Source of the DNA: Nemertoderma westbladi
Lineage: Eukaryota > Animalia > Xenacoelomorpha
Direction of reading: 5' to 3'
Assembly: GCA_032718475.1 (NCBI GenBank)
Contig: JAUCBJ010009044.1
Location: 23,237 to 87,236, forward strand
Length of the DNA stretch: 64,000 nt
The translations under genes and the position numbers were made by a program. Below, in pieces: positions 1 through 26,542 of this stretch; position 1 is the first letter of the stretch; each line of letters opens with the position of its first letter. The notes under the pieces were generated by a model, which ran no database searches, was not told the origin of the DNA, and saw only the letters and a program-made list of their open reading frames with translations.

Positions 1-507
1 TAAATGGGGAGTTTGGAAAAAATACAAAATTATACAAAGGGTGCACCTAAATGGGGAGTTTGGAAAAAATACAAAATTATACAAAGGGTGCACCTAAATG
101 GGGAGTTTGGAAAAAATACAAAATTATACAAAGGGTGCACCTAAATGGGGAGTTTGGAAAAAATACAAAATTATACAAAGGGTGCACCTAAATGGGGAGT
201 TTGGAAAAAATACAAAATTATACAAAGGGTGCACCTAAATGGGGAGTTTGGAAAAAATACAAAATTATACAAAGGGTGCACCTAAATGGGGAGTTTGGAA
301 AAAATACAAAATTATACAAAGGGTGCACCTAAATGGGGAGTTTGGAAAAAATACAAAATTATACAAAGGGTGCACCTAAATGGGGAGTTTGGAAAAAATA
401 CAAAATTATACAAAGGGTGCACCTAAATGGGGAGTTTGGAAAAAATACAAAATTATACAAAGGGTGCACCTAAATGGGGAGTTTGGAAAAAATACAAAAT
501 TATACAA
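1..507. repeat. 47-bp tandem minisatellite, ~11 near-identical copies, runs off the window start
   Basis: Unit TAAATGGGGAGTTTGGAAAAAATACAAAATTATACAAAGGGTGCACC read directly. Confidence 0.97.
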
Positions 508-675
508 ATAATTACAATTAAATATGGTTGAAGACAGACTACGTAAAATCTACAACTATTGTGATACTCAACCTAATATTGTATCGTTAATTAATTAATT
601 AATTAATTATATTAAAATAATGTATATATAAAATAAATCGACGGGGCAGTTTTAATGATTATTTCGAAATACTAC

Positions 676-707
<32 letters not shown>

Positions 708-760
708 CTATATATATACTATATATATATACTATATATAAATAAATTCGACATACTACA

Positions 761-3700
761 GTACTCCCGTACTGTTCGTACTCCCGTACTGTTCGTGCTC
801 CCGTACTGTTCGTGCTCCCGTACTGTTCGCACTCCCGTACTGTTCGTGCTCCCGTACTGTTCGTGCTCCCGTACTGTTCGCACTCCCGTACTGTTCGTGC
901 TCCCGTACTGTTCGTGCTCCCGTACTGTTCGCACTCCCGTACTGTTCGTGCTCCCGTACTGTTCGTGCTCCCGTACTGTTCGTGCTCCCGTACTGTTCGT
1001 ACTCCCGTACTGTTCGTGCTCCCGTACTGTTCGCACTCCCGTACTGTTCGTGCTCCCGTACTGTTCGTACTCCCGTACTGTTCGTGCTCCCGTACTGTTC
1101 GCACTCCCGTACTGTTCGTGCTCCCGTACTGTTCGTGCTCCCGTACTGTTCGTGCTCCCGTACTGTTCGTGCTCCCGTACTGTTCGTGCTCCCGTACTGT
1201 TCGCACTCCCGTACTGTTCGTGCTCCCGTACTGTTCGTGCTCCCGTACTGTTCGTGCTCCCGTACTGTTCGCACTCCCGTACTGTTCGTGCTCCCGTACT
1301 GTTCGTGCTCCCGTACTGTTCGTGCTCCCGTACTGTTCGTGCTCCCGTACTGTTCGTGCTCCCGTACTGTTCGTGCTCCCGTACTGTTCGTACTCCCGTA
1401 CTGTTCGTACTCCCGTACTGTTCGTGCTCCCGTACTGTTCGTGCTCCCGTACTGTTCGTGCTCCCGTACTGTTCGCACTCCCGTACTGTTCGTGCTCCCG
1501 TACTGTTCGTGCTCCCGTACTGTTCGTACTCCCGTACTGTTCGTGCTCCCGTACTGTTCGTCCTCCCGTACTGTTCGTGCTCCCGTACTGTTCGCACTCC
1601 CGTACTGTTCGTACTGTTCGTACTCCCGTACTGTTCGTGCTCCCGTACTGTTCGTGCTCCCGTACTGTTCGTGCTCCCGTACTGTTCGTGCTCCCGTACT
1701 GTTCGCACTCCCGTACTGTTCGTACTGTTCGTACTCCCGTACTGTTCGTGCTCCCGTACTGTTCGCACTCCCGTACTGTTCGTACTCCCGTACTGTTCGT
1801 ACTCCCGTACTGTTCGTACTCCCGTACTGTTCGTACTGTTCGTGCTCCCGTACTGTTCGCACTCCCGTACTGTTCGTACTCCCGTACTGTTCGTACTCCC
1901 GTACTGTTCGTACTCCCGTACTGTTCGTACTCCCGTACTGTTCGTACTCCCGTACTGTTCGTGCTCCCGTACTGTTCGTGCTCCCGTACTGTTCGTGCTC
2001 CCGTACTGTTCGTGCTCCCGTACTGTTCGTGCTCCCGTACTGTTCGTACTCCCGTACTGTTCGTACTCCCGTACTGTTCGTGCTCCCGTACTGTTCGTAC
2101 TCCCGTACTGTTCGTGCTCCCGTACTGTTCGTGCTCCCGTACTGTTCGTGCTCCCGTACTGTTCGTGCTCCCGTACTGTTCGTGCTCCCGTACTGTTCGT
2201 GCTCCCGTACTGTTCGTGCTCCCGTACTGTTCGTACTCCCGTACTGTTCGTGCTCCCGTACTGTTCGTGCTCCCGTACTGTTCGTGCTCCCGTACTGTTC
2301 GTGCTCCCGTACTGTTCGTGCTCCCGTACTGTTCGTGCTCCCGTACTGTTCGTGCTCCCGTACTGTTCGTGCTCCCGTACTGTTCGTGCTCCCGTACTGT
2401 TCGTGCTCCCGTACTGTTCGTGCTCCCGTACTGTTCGTGCTCCCGTACTGTTCGTGCTCCCGTACTGTTCGTGCTCCCGTACTGTTCGTGCTCCCGTACT
2501 GTTCGTACTCCCGTACTGTTCGTGCTCCCGTACTGTTCGTGCTCCCGTACTGTTCGTACTCCCGTACTGTTCGTGCTCCCGTACTGTTCGTGCTCCCGTA
2601 CTGTTCGTACTCCCGTACTGTTCGTGCTCCCGTACTGTTCGTACTCCCGTACTGTTCGTGCTCCCGTACTGTTCGTGCTCCCGTACTGTTCGTGCTCCCG
2701 TACTGTTCGTCGCTCCCGTACTGTTCGTGCTCCCGTACTGTTCGTACTCCCGTACTGTTCGTACTCCCGTACTGTTCGTGCTCCCGTACTGTTCGTGCTC
2801 CCGTACTGTTCGTGCTCCCGTACTGTTCGTACTCCCGTACTGTTCGTACTCCCGTACTGTTCGTGCTCCCGTACTGTTCGTACTCCCGTACTGTTCGTAC
2901 TCCCGTACTGTTCGTACTCCCGTACTGTTCGTACTCCCGTACTGTTCGTACTCCCGTACTGTTCGTACTCCCGTACTGTTCGTGCTCCCGTACTGTTCGT
3001 ACTCCCGTACTGTTCGTACTCCCGTACTGTTCGTGCTCCCGTACTGTTCGTGCTCCCGTACTGTTCGTGCTCCCGTACTGTTCGTGCTCCCGTACTGTTC
3101 GTGCTCCCGTACTGTTCGTGCTCCCGTACTGTTCGTGCTCCCGTACTGTTCGTACTCCCGTACTGTTCGTACTCCCGTACTGTTCGTACTCCCGTACTGT
3201 TCGTACTCCCGTACTGTTCGTACTCCCGTACTGTTCGTACTCCCGTACTGTTCGTGCTCCCGTACTGTTCGTACTCCCGTACTGTTCGTACTCCCGTACT
3301 GTTCGTGCTCCCGTACTGTTCGTACTCCCGTACTGTTCGTACTCCCGTACTGTTCGTGCTCACGTACTGTTCGTACTCCCGTACTGTTCGTGCTCCCGTA
3401 CTGTTCGTGCTCCCGTACTGTTCGTACTCCCGTACTGTTCGTACTCCCGTACTGTTCGTGCTCCCGTACTGTTCGTGCTCCCGTACTGTTCGTGCTCCCG
3501 TACTGTTCGTGCTCCCGTACTGTTCGTACTCCCGTACTGTTCGTACTCCCGTACTGTTCGTGCTCCCGTACTGTTCGTGCTCCCGTACTGTTCGTACTCC
3601 CGTACTGTTCGTACTCCCGTACTGTTCGTGCTCCCGTACTGTTCGTGCTCCCGTACTGTTCGTACTCCCGTACTGTTCGTACTCCCGTACTGTTCGTGCT

Positions 3701-6700
3701 CCCGTACTGTTCGTGCTCCCGTACTGTTCGTGCTCCCGTACTGTTCGCACTCCCGTACTGTTGCGTACTGTTCGGCTCCCGTACTGTTCGTGCTCCCGTA
3801 CTGTTCGTGCTCCCGTACTGTTCGTGCTCCCGTACTGTTCGTGCTCCCGTACTGTTCGTACTCCCGTACTGTTCGTGCTCCCGTACTGTTCGTGCTCCCG
3901 TACTGTTCGCGCTCCCGTACTGTTCGCGCTCCCGTACTGTTCGTGCTCCCGTACTGTTCGCGCTCCCGTACTGTTCGTGCTCCCGTACTGTTCGTGCTCC
4001 CGTACTGTTCGCGCTCCCGTACTGTTCGTGCTCCCGTACTGTTCGTACTCCCGTACTGTTCGTACTCCCGTACTGTTCGTGCTCCCGTACTGTTCGTGCT
4101 CCCGTACTGTTCGTGCTCCCGTACTGTTCGTGCTCCCGTACTGTTCGTACTCCCGTACTGTTCGTGCTCCCGTACTGTTCGCGCTCCCGTACTGTTCGTG
4201 CTCCCGTACTGTTCGTGCTCCCGTACTGTTCGTGCTCCCGTACTGTTCGTGCTCCCGTACTGTTCGCACTCCCGTACTGTTCGTGCTCCCGTACTGTTCG
4301 TTCTCCCGTACTGTTCGAGCTCCCGTACTGTTCGTGCTCCCGTACTGTTCGTGCTCCCGTACTGTTCGTGCTCCCGTACTGTTCGCACTCCCGTACTGTT
4401 CGTGCTCCCGTACTGTTCGTGCTCCCGTACTGTTCGTGCTCCCGTACTGTTCGTGCTCCCGTACTGTTCGTGCTCCCGTACTGTTCGCACTCCCGTACTG
4501 TTCGTGCTCCCGTACTGTTCGTTCTCCCGTACTGTTCGCGCTCCCGTACTGTTCGTACTCCCGTACTGTTCGTGCTCCCGTACTGTTCGTGCTCCCGTAC
4601 TGTTCGTGCTCCCGTACTGTTCGCACTCCCGTACTGTTCGTGCTCCCGTACTGTTCGTGCTCCCGTACTGTTCGTGCTCCCGTACTGTTCGTGCTCCCGT
4701 ACTGTTCGTGCTCCCGTACTGTTCGCGCTCCCGTACTGTTCGTACTCCCGTACTGTTCGTGCTCCCGTACTGTTCGTGCTCCCGTACTGTTCGTGCTCCC
4801 GTACTGTTCGCACTCCCGTACTGTTCGTGCTCCCGTACTGTTCGTTCTCCCGTACTGTTCGCGCTCCCGTACTGTTCGTACTCCCGTACTGTTCGTGCTC
4901 CCGTACTGTTCGTGCTCCCGTACTGTTCGTGCTCCCGTACTGTTCGCACTCCCGTACTGTTCGTGCTCCCGTACTGTTCGTGCTCCCGTACTGTTCGTGC
5001 TCCCGTACTGTTCGCGCTCCCGTACTGTTCGTACTCCCGTACTGTTCGTGCTCCCGTACTGTTCGTACTCCCGTACTGTTCGTGCTCCCGTACTGTTCGT
5101 GCTCCCGTACTGTTCGTGCTCCCGTACTGTTCGTGCTCCCGTACTGTTCGTGCTCCCGTACTGTTCGTACTCCCGTACTGTTCGTGCTCCCGTACTGTTC
5201 GTACTCCCGTACTGTTCGTACTCCCGTACTGTTCGTACTCCCGTACTGTTCGTACTGTTCGTACTCCCGTACTGTTCGTACTGTTCGTACTCCCGTACTG
5301 TTCGTGCTCCCGTACTGTTCGTGCTCCCGTACTGTTCGTGCTCCCGTACTGTTCGTACTCCCGTACTGTTCGTGCTCCCGTACTGTTCGTACTCCCGTAC
5401 TGTTCGTGCTCCCGTACTGTTCGTACTCCCGTACTGTTCGTACTCCCGTACTGTTCGTACTCCCGTACTGTTCGTACTCCCGTACTGTTCGTACTCCCGT
5501 ACTGTTCGCACTCCCGTACTGTTCGTGCTCCCGTACTGTTCGTGCTCCCGTACTGTTCGTGCTCCCGTACTGTTCGTGCTCCCGTACTGTTCGTGCTCCC
5601 GTACTGTTCGTACTCCCGTACTGTTCGTGCTCCCGTACTGTTCGTACTCCCGTACTGTTCGTACTCCCGTACTGTTCGTACTCCCGTACTGTTCGTACTG
5701 TTCGTACTCCCGTACTGTTCGTACTGTTCGTACTCCCGTACTGTTCGTGCTCCCGTACTGTTCGTGCTCCCGTACTGTTCGCACTCCCGTACTGTTCGTA
5801 CTGTTCGTGCTCCCGTACTGTTCGTGCTCCCGTACTGTTCGCACTCCCGTACTGTTCGTACTGTTCGTGCTCCCGTACTGTTCGTGCTCCCGTACTGTTC
5901 GTGCTCCCGTACTGTTCGCACTCCCGTACTGTTCGTACTGTTCGTGCTCCCGTACTGTTCGTGCTCCCGTACTGTTCGTACTCCCGTACTGTTCGTACTG
6001 TTCGTGCTCCCGTACTGTTCGTGCTCCCGTACTGTTCGTACTCCCGTACTGTTCGTGCTCCCGTACTGTTCGTGCTCCCGTACTGTTCGTGCTCCCGTAC
6101 TGTTCGTACTCCCGTACTGTTCGTGCTCCCGTACTGTTCGTGCTCCCGTACTGTTCGCACTCCCGTACTGTTCGTACTCCCGTACTGTTCGTGCTCCCGT
6201 ACTGTTCGTGCTCCCGTACTGTTCGTGCTCCCGTACTGTTCGTGCTCCCGTACTGTTCGCGCTCCCGTACTGTTCGTGCTCCCGTACTGTTCGTGCTCCC
6301 GTACTGTTCGTGCTCCCGTACTGTTCGTGCTCCCGTACTGTTCGTGCTCCCGTACTGTTCGCACTCCCGTACTGTTCGTGCTCCAGTACTGTTCGTGCTC
6401 CCGTACTGTTCGTACTCCCGTACTGTTCGTGCTCCCGTACTGTTCGTGCTCCCGTACTGTTCGTGCTCCCGTACTGTTCGCACTCCCGTACTGTTCGTGC
6501 TCCCGTACTGTTCGTGCTCCCGTACTGTTCGTGCTCCCGTACTGTTCGTGCTCCCGTACTGTTCGTGCTCCCGTACTGTTCGCGCTCCCGTACTGTTCGT
6601 GCTCCCGTACTGTTCGTGCTCCCGTACTGTTCGTGCTCCCGTACTGTTCGTGCTCCCGTACTGTTCGTGCTCCCGTACTGTTCGCACTCCCGTACTGTTC

Positions 6701-9642
6701 GTGCTCCAGTACTGTTCGTGCTCCCGTACTGTTCGTACTCCCGTACTGTTCGTGCTCCCGTACTGTTCGTGCTCCCGTACTGTTCGTGCTCCCGTACTGT
6801 TCGCACTCCCGTACTGTTCGTGCTCCCGTACTGTTCGTGCTCCCGTACTGTTCGTGCTCCCGTACTGTTCGTGCTCCCGTACTGTTCGTACTCCCGTACT
6901 GTTCGTACTCCCGTACTGTTCGTGCTCCCGTACTGTTCGTGCTCCCGTACTGTTCGTGCTCCCGTACTGTTCGCACTCCCGTACTGTTCGTGCTCCCGTA
7001 CTGTTCGTGCTCCCGTACTGTTCGTACTCCCGTACTGTTCGTGCTCCCGTACTGTTCGCCCTCCCGTACTGTTCGTGCTCCCGTACTGTTCGTACTCCCG
7101 TACTGTTCGTGCTCCCGTACTGTTCGTGCTCCCGTACTGTTCGTGCTCCCGTACTGCTCGCACTCCCGTACTGTTCGTGCTCCCGTACTGTTCGTGCTCC
7201 CGTACTGTTCGTGCTCCCGTACTGTTCGTGCTCCCGTACTGTTCGTGCTCCCGTACTGTTCGTACTCCCGTACTGTTCGTGCTCCCGTACTGTTCGTACT
7301 CCCGTACTGTTCGTGCTCCCGTACTGTTCGTGCTCCCGTACTGTTCGTGCTCCCGTACTGTTCGCCCTCCCGTACTGTTCGTGCTTCCGTACTGTTCGCC
7401 CTCCCGTACTGTTCGTGCTCCCGTACTGTTCGCCCTCCCGTACTGTTCGTGCTCCCGTACTGTTCGCCCTCCCGTACTGTTCGTGCTCCAGTACTGTTCG
7501 TGCTCCCGTACTGTTCGTGCTCCCGTACAGTTCGTGCTCCCGTACTGTTCGTGCTCCCGTACTGTTCGTGCTCCCGTACTGTTCGTGCTCCCGTACAGTT
7601 CGTGCTCCCGTACTGTTCGTACTCCCGTACTGTTCGTGCTCCCGTACTGTTCGTGCTCCCGTACTGTTCATACTCCCGTACTGTTCGTGCTCCCGTACTG
7701 TTCGTGCTCCCGTACTGTTCGTGCTCCCGTACTGTTCGTGCTCCCGTACTGTTCGTACTCCCGTACTGTTCGTGCTCCTTTACTGTTCGTACTCCCGTAC
7801 TGTTCGTGCTCCCGTACTGTTCGTGCTCCCGTACTGTTCGTGCTCCCGTACTGTTCGCCCTCCCGTACTGTTCGTGCTCCCGTACTGTTCGCCCTCCCGT
7901 ACTGTTCGTGCTCCAGTACTGTTCGTGCTCCCGTACTGTTCGTGCTCCCGTACTGTTCGTGCTCCCGTACTGTTCGCCCTCCCGTACTGTTCGTGCTCCC
8001 GTACTGTTAGTACTCCCGTACTGTTCGTGCTCCCGTACTGTTCGCCCTCCCGTACTGTTCGTGCTCCCGTACTGTTCGTTCTCCCGTACTGTTCGTGCTC
8101 CCGTACTGTTCGTGCTCCCGTACTGTTCGTACTCCCGTACTGTTCGTGCTCCCGTACTGTTCGTGCTCCCGTACTGTTCGCCCTCCCGTACTGTTCGTGC
8201 TCCAGTACTGTTCGTGCTCCCGTACTGTTCGTACTCCCGTACTGTTCGTGCTCCCGTACTGTTCGTGCTCCCGTACTGTTCGTGCTCCCGTACTGTTCGC
8301 CCTCCCGTACTGTTCGTGCTCCAGTACTGTTCGTGCTCCCGTACTGTTCGTGCTCCCGTACTGTTCGTGCTCCCGTACTGTTCGTACTCCCGTACTGTTC
8401 GTGCTCCCGTACTGTTCGTACTCCCGTACTGTTCGTGCTCCCGTACTGTTCGTACTCCCGTACTGTTCGTGCTCCCGTACTGTTCGTGCTCCCGTACTGT
8501 TCGTGCTCCCGTACTGTTCGTGCTCCCGTACTGTTCGTACTCCCGTACTGTTCGTGCTCCCGTACTGTTCGTACTCCCGTACTGTTCGTGCTCCCGTACT
8601 GTTCGTGCTCCCGTACTGTTCGTGCTCCCGTACTGTTCGCCCTCCCGTACTGTTCGTGCTCCCGTACTGTTCGCCCTCCCGTACTGTTCGTGCTCCAGTA
8701 CTGTTCGTGCTCCCGTACTGTTCGTACTCCCGTACTGTTCGTGCTCCCGTACAGTTCGTGCTCCCGTACTGTTCGTGCTCCCGTACTGTTCGTGCTCCCG
8801 TACTGTTCGTGCTCCCGTACAGTTCGTGCTCCCGTACTGTTCGTACTCCCGTACTGTTCGTGCTCCCGTACTGTTCGTGCTCCCGTACTGTTCATACTCC
8901 CGTACTGTTCGCCCTCCCGTACTGTTCGTGCTCCAGTACTGTTCGTGCTCCCGTACTGTTCGTGCTCCCGTACTGTTCGTGCTCCCGTACTGTTCGTGCT
9001 CCCGTACTGTTCGTACTCCCGTACTGTTCGTGCTCCCGTACTGTTCGTGCTCCCGTACTATTCGTGCTCCCGTACTGCTCGTGCTCCCGTACTGTTCGTG
9101 CTCCCGTACTGTTCGCCCTCCCGTACTGTTCGTGCTCCCGTACTGTTCGCCCTCCCGTACTGTTCGTGCTCCAGTACTGTTCGTGCTCCCGTACTGTTCG
9201 TGCTCCCGTACTGTTCGTGCTCCCGTACTGTTCGTGCTCCCGTACTGTTCGTACTCCCGTACTGTTCGTGCTCCCGTACTGTTCGTGCTCCCGTACTGTT
9301 CGCCCTCCCGTACTGTTCGTGCTCCCGTACTGTTCGCCCTCCCGTACTGTTCGTGCTCCAGTACTGTTCGTGCTCCCGTACTGTTCGTGCTCCCGTACTG
9401 TTCGTGCTCCCGTACTGTTCGTGCTCCCGTACTGTTCGTGCTCCCGTACTGTTCATACTCCCGTACTGTTCGTGCTCCCGTACTGTTCGTGCTCCCGTAC
9501 TGTTCGTGCTCCCGTACTGTTCGTGCTCCCGTACTGTTCGTGCTCCCGTACTGTTCGTACTCCCGTACTGTTCGTGCTCCCGTACTGTTCGTACTCCCGT
9601 ACTGTTCGTGCTCCCGTACTGTTCGTACTCCCGTACTGTTCG
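761..9642. repeat. 17-bp tandem minisatellite, ~520 copies
   Basis: Unit CTCCCGTACTGTTCGTG with variants ending GTA/GCA/GCG/GCC/GTT and occasional 9-bp partial units; source of the spurious six-frame ORFs. Confidence 0.98.
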
Positions 9643-10109
9643 AGTTCGTCCTTGTAGTCAATTACTAGTAATTAAATAATTAATAACCTGTAATATTTCC
9701 TTAGTATCTCTGTTAATAAGATTAATACCGTGTCGGTTTATCGCTATTAGCAAAACTTCGGGTAGATTTGGTTCCGTTACTTGCTGCAAATATGAATGAA
9801 AAAAAATATAACAAATTACTAAGAAACGTTACATAAAAGCGCCAAGATAAAAAAATCCTCCAACAATAGTAATATTATGCGTTGTAGGTAATACACAAGG
9901 ATAATATAAAAAAACTAGAGATAAAAACATACAATATTTCTAACTCACCACTCACTATCATAATGATACCAAGCATATAAGCAATAAGGTTCAATAATGG
10001 TGGCAACTCATGGCTATAAAACCAAGATTTACCTTGCCTGCTTATAGCCAGCTGGTCACTGATGTCACACAGAGGATCAACATGTTAACGTTAACATGGC
10101 AACCTCCCG

Positions 10110-10346
10110 GTAGTAACTGTAGTACCGGTAATAACTGTAGTACCGGTACTAACTGTAGTACCGGTACTAACTGTAGTACCGGTACTAACTGTAGTACCGG
10201 TACTAACTGTAGTACCGGTACTAACTGTAGTACCGGTACTAACCGTAGTACCGGTACTAACCGTAGTACCGGTACTAACTGTAGTACCGGTACTAACTGT
10301 AGTACCGGTACTAACTGTAGTAGCGGTACTAACTGTAGTACCGGTA
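10110..10346. repeat. 18-bp tandem repeat with palindromic core GTACCGGTAC, ~13 copies
   Basis: Unit TAACTGTAGTACCGGTAC; related units recur at 11470-11510 and 11955-12030. Confidence 0.93.
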
Positions 10347-10387
10347 CGAGTATTCCCAATCCTTACACTAATAGGAACATCTCTTGA

Positions 10388-11397
10388 ATTGGTGCCTGGG
10401 ATTGGTTAATAAACTATTATTTGATTGTTCGTTGATATCATGTAAGGAATGGAGAGAGGAGTCGAACTAGTGTAAGGGTTTTATACTCAGTTGGCAGGTA
10501 GAAAGTGTTCCAAACGGTGTAAGGAATCGATAAATTGGGTTAATTCATGTAAGGGTTATCTGCCTATTAAACGGTTTATTGTCATTATCATATAGACTGT
10601 ACGACCAACAGTATAGACATATAGATTGGAAATAATAATGTTGTTTAAGGAATCGTTTTACAGACCATTATTGACCTCCTTGATTATTCAGATTCTCCTT
10701 GAATATCCTAATAATAAAGTAGGTTTATTGTTAGTAATATTGAAATTTTAACTTCAGTCAATCAGTCAATCAATCATTCAATCAGTCAATCAATCATTCA
10801 ATCAGTCAATCAATCATTCAATCAGTCAATCAATCATTCAATCAGTCAATCAATCATTCAATCAGTCAATCAATCATTCATTTGCATTTACAGTATGTTT
10901 AGCGACAGGTCTCTAGAGCGTTTTTAGCGCGTCAAGTCTTATCAGTACCATGAGGTCGGCCACGGCTAGCAAGCATCCGTTTACTACTTATTGTACACGT
11001 CAACGCGCTAGTGTAGTTGGCTGCACACCAATATCAGAGCGACTATTCCTAAGCAAACCTACTCTTGAACGCTGCTGTGTATGAAGGAATGTATCCCTAG
11101 TACTGTAGTCACATATTGCAATTGTTTTAGCATACGCTTGCAACCCTGTATAAACCACGTTCTACTATAGCGCTAGTCTATTCTTCTAAAGTAATACTGT
11201 TGGTATAATAAACCTTAACATGATTTCACCAACTTTCTCCACTCCTTACAGCAGCGAGCGTTTGGAAAATTCTATACCTGCCAATTGTGCCAACTGAGTA
11301 TAAAACCCGTACACTAGTTCGACCCCTATCTCAATTCCTTACATGATTTCAACGACTAATCAAATAATAGTTTATTAACCAATCCCAGGCACCAATT
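10388..11397. mobile_element. MITE / non-autonomous DNA transposon with ~130-bp terminal inverted repeats
   Basis: AATTGGTGCCTGGGATTGGTTAATAAACTATTATTTGATT... at 10388 is the reverse complement of ...AATCAAATAATAGTTTATTAACCAATCCCAGGCACCAATT ending at 11397; internal TCAA-rich microsatellite 10753-10880; no ORF. Confidence 0.82.
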
Positions 11398-11523
11398 GTC
11401 CATTGTACTTGACACAATGAACCCGGCGTAGCATTCTTGTCAATGTGCCATCCAGAGATTTGGATGCACAGTTAGTACCGGTAGAACAGCTGTACTACCG
11501 GTACTAACTGTGCATCCAAATCT

Positions 11524-11883
11524 GTGGATGGCACATTGACAAGAATGCTACGCCGGGTTCATTGTGTCAAGTACAATGCACACATCTCCAACCAGACACT
11601 ATATAACATTGCAGGTGTCTTATTGGTTCCCCCAAGCTTGACACTAGAACAAAATCGCCTCCGCTTTGCAGGACATTGCTTTCGCTGTGAAGACCAGCCA
11701 GTGCATAATCTTGTACTTTGGCAGCCTCATGGAGTGAATAAGCATGGTGGACAGCCCATGACTTTCTTGAGACGCATCTTAAAGGACACTGGCCTTGAAG
11801 ATGGGGATAATCTAGCAAATGTCATGGGTGATAGGGAGTTGTGGCGGCGCAATTTTGTTGATAAGCCGGCACAGTATTCTTAG
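11524..11883 (+). mobile_element. 3' fragment of an RTE-clade non-LTR retrotransposon ORF2
   Basis: DGTLTRMLRRV...RLRFAGHCFR...LVLWQP...KDTGL...MGDRELWR matches the typical RTE C-terminal motif series. Confidence 0.75.
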
Positions 11884-12031
11884 AAATGCAGCTGCAATGC
11901 AGCATGCCGATCCTAGTAGTACTAGGTCCTAGTACTCCTAGTAGTACTAGTATCCTGTACTACCGGTACTAACTGTAGTACCTGTACTACCGGTACTACA
12001 GTTAGTACCTGTACTACCGGTACTAACTAAC

Positions 12032-26248
<14,217 letters not shown>

Positions 26249-26542
26249 CTGTTAATGTTAAAAAGTACAATTAACTCGATATTATTGACATAATTTAGTA
26301 GTAAATATATTGATATAGCTGAAGTGATATGTGAATGATCGTTGCCACCCCAGCCAACTTAGTAGTCTAATCCCCCGCAGCACCCCAGTTGGGGGGTGGT
26401 GGCTTTAAGATGCAATAAAAATTCACCCCTCTATGGGATAAAATCGACGGGGCAAATAACAGCCGATTACTCCCAAAAATAAAATAAAAACTGTAAGCCG
26501 TTCTATTGCCTTTAGTTTATTGTTTTGGTATGCCCCCCCCCC

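Noticed and set aside
652-9679. 2300-2980 aa ORFs in several frames on both strands
   Set aside because: They are translations of a stop-free 17-bp tandem unit; the same peptide appears in all frames
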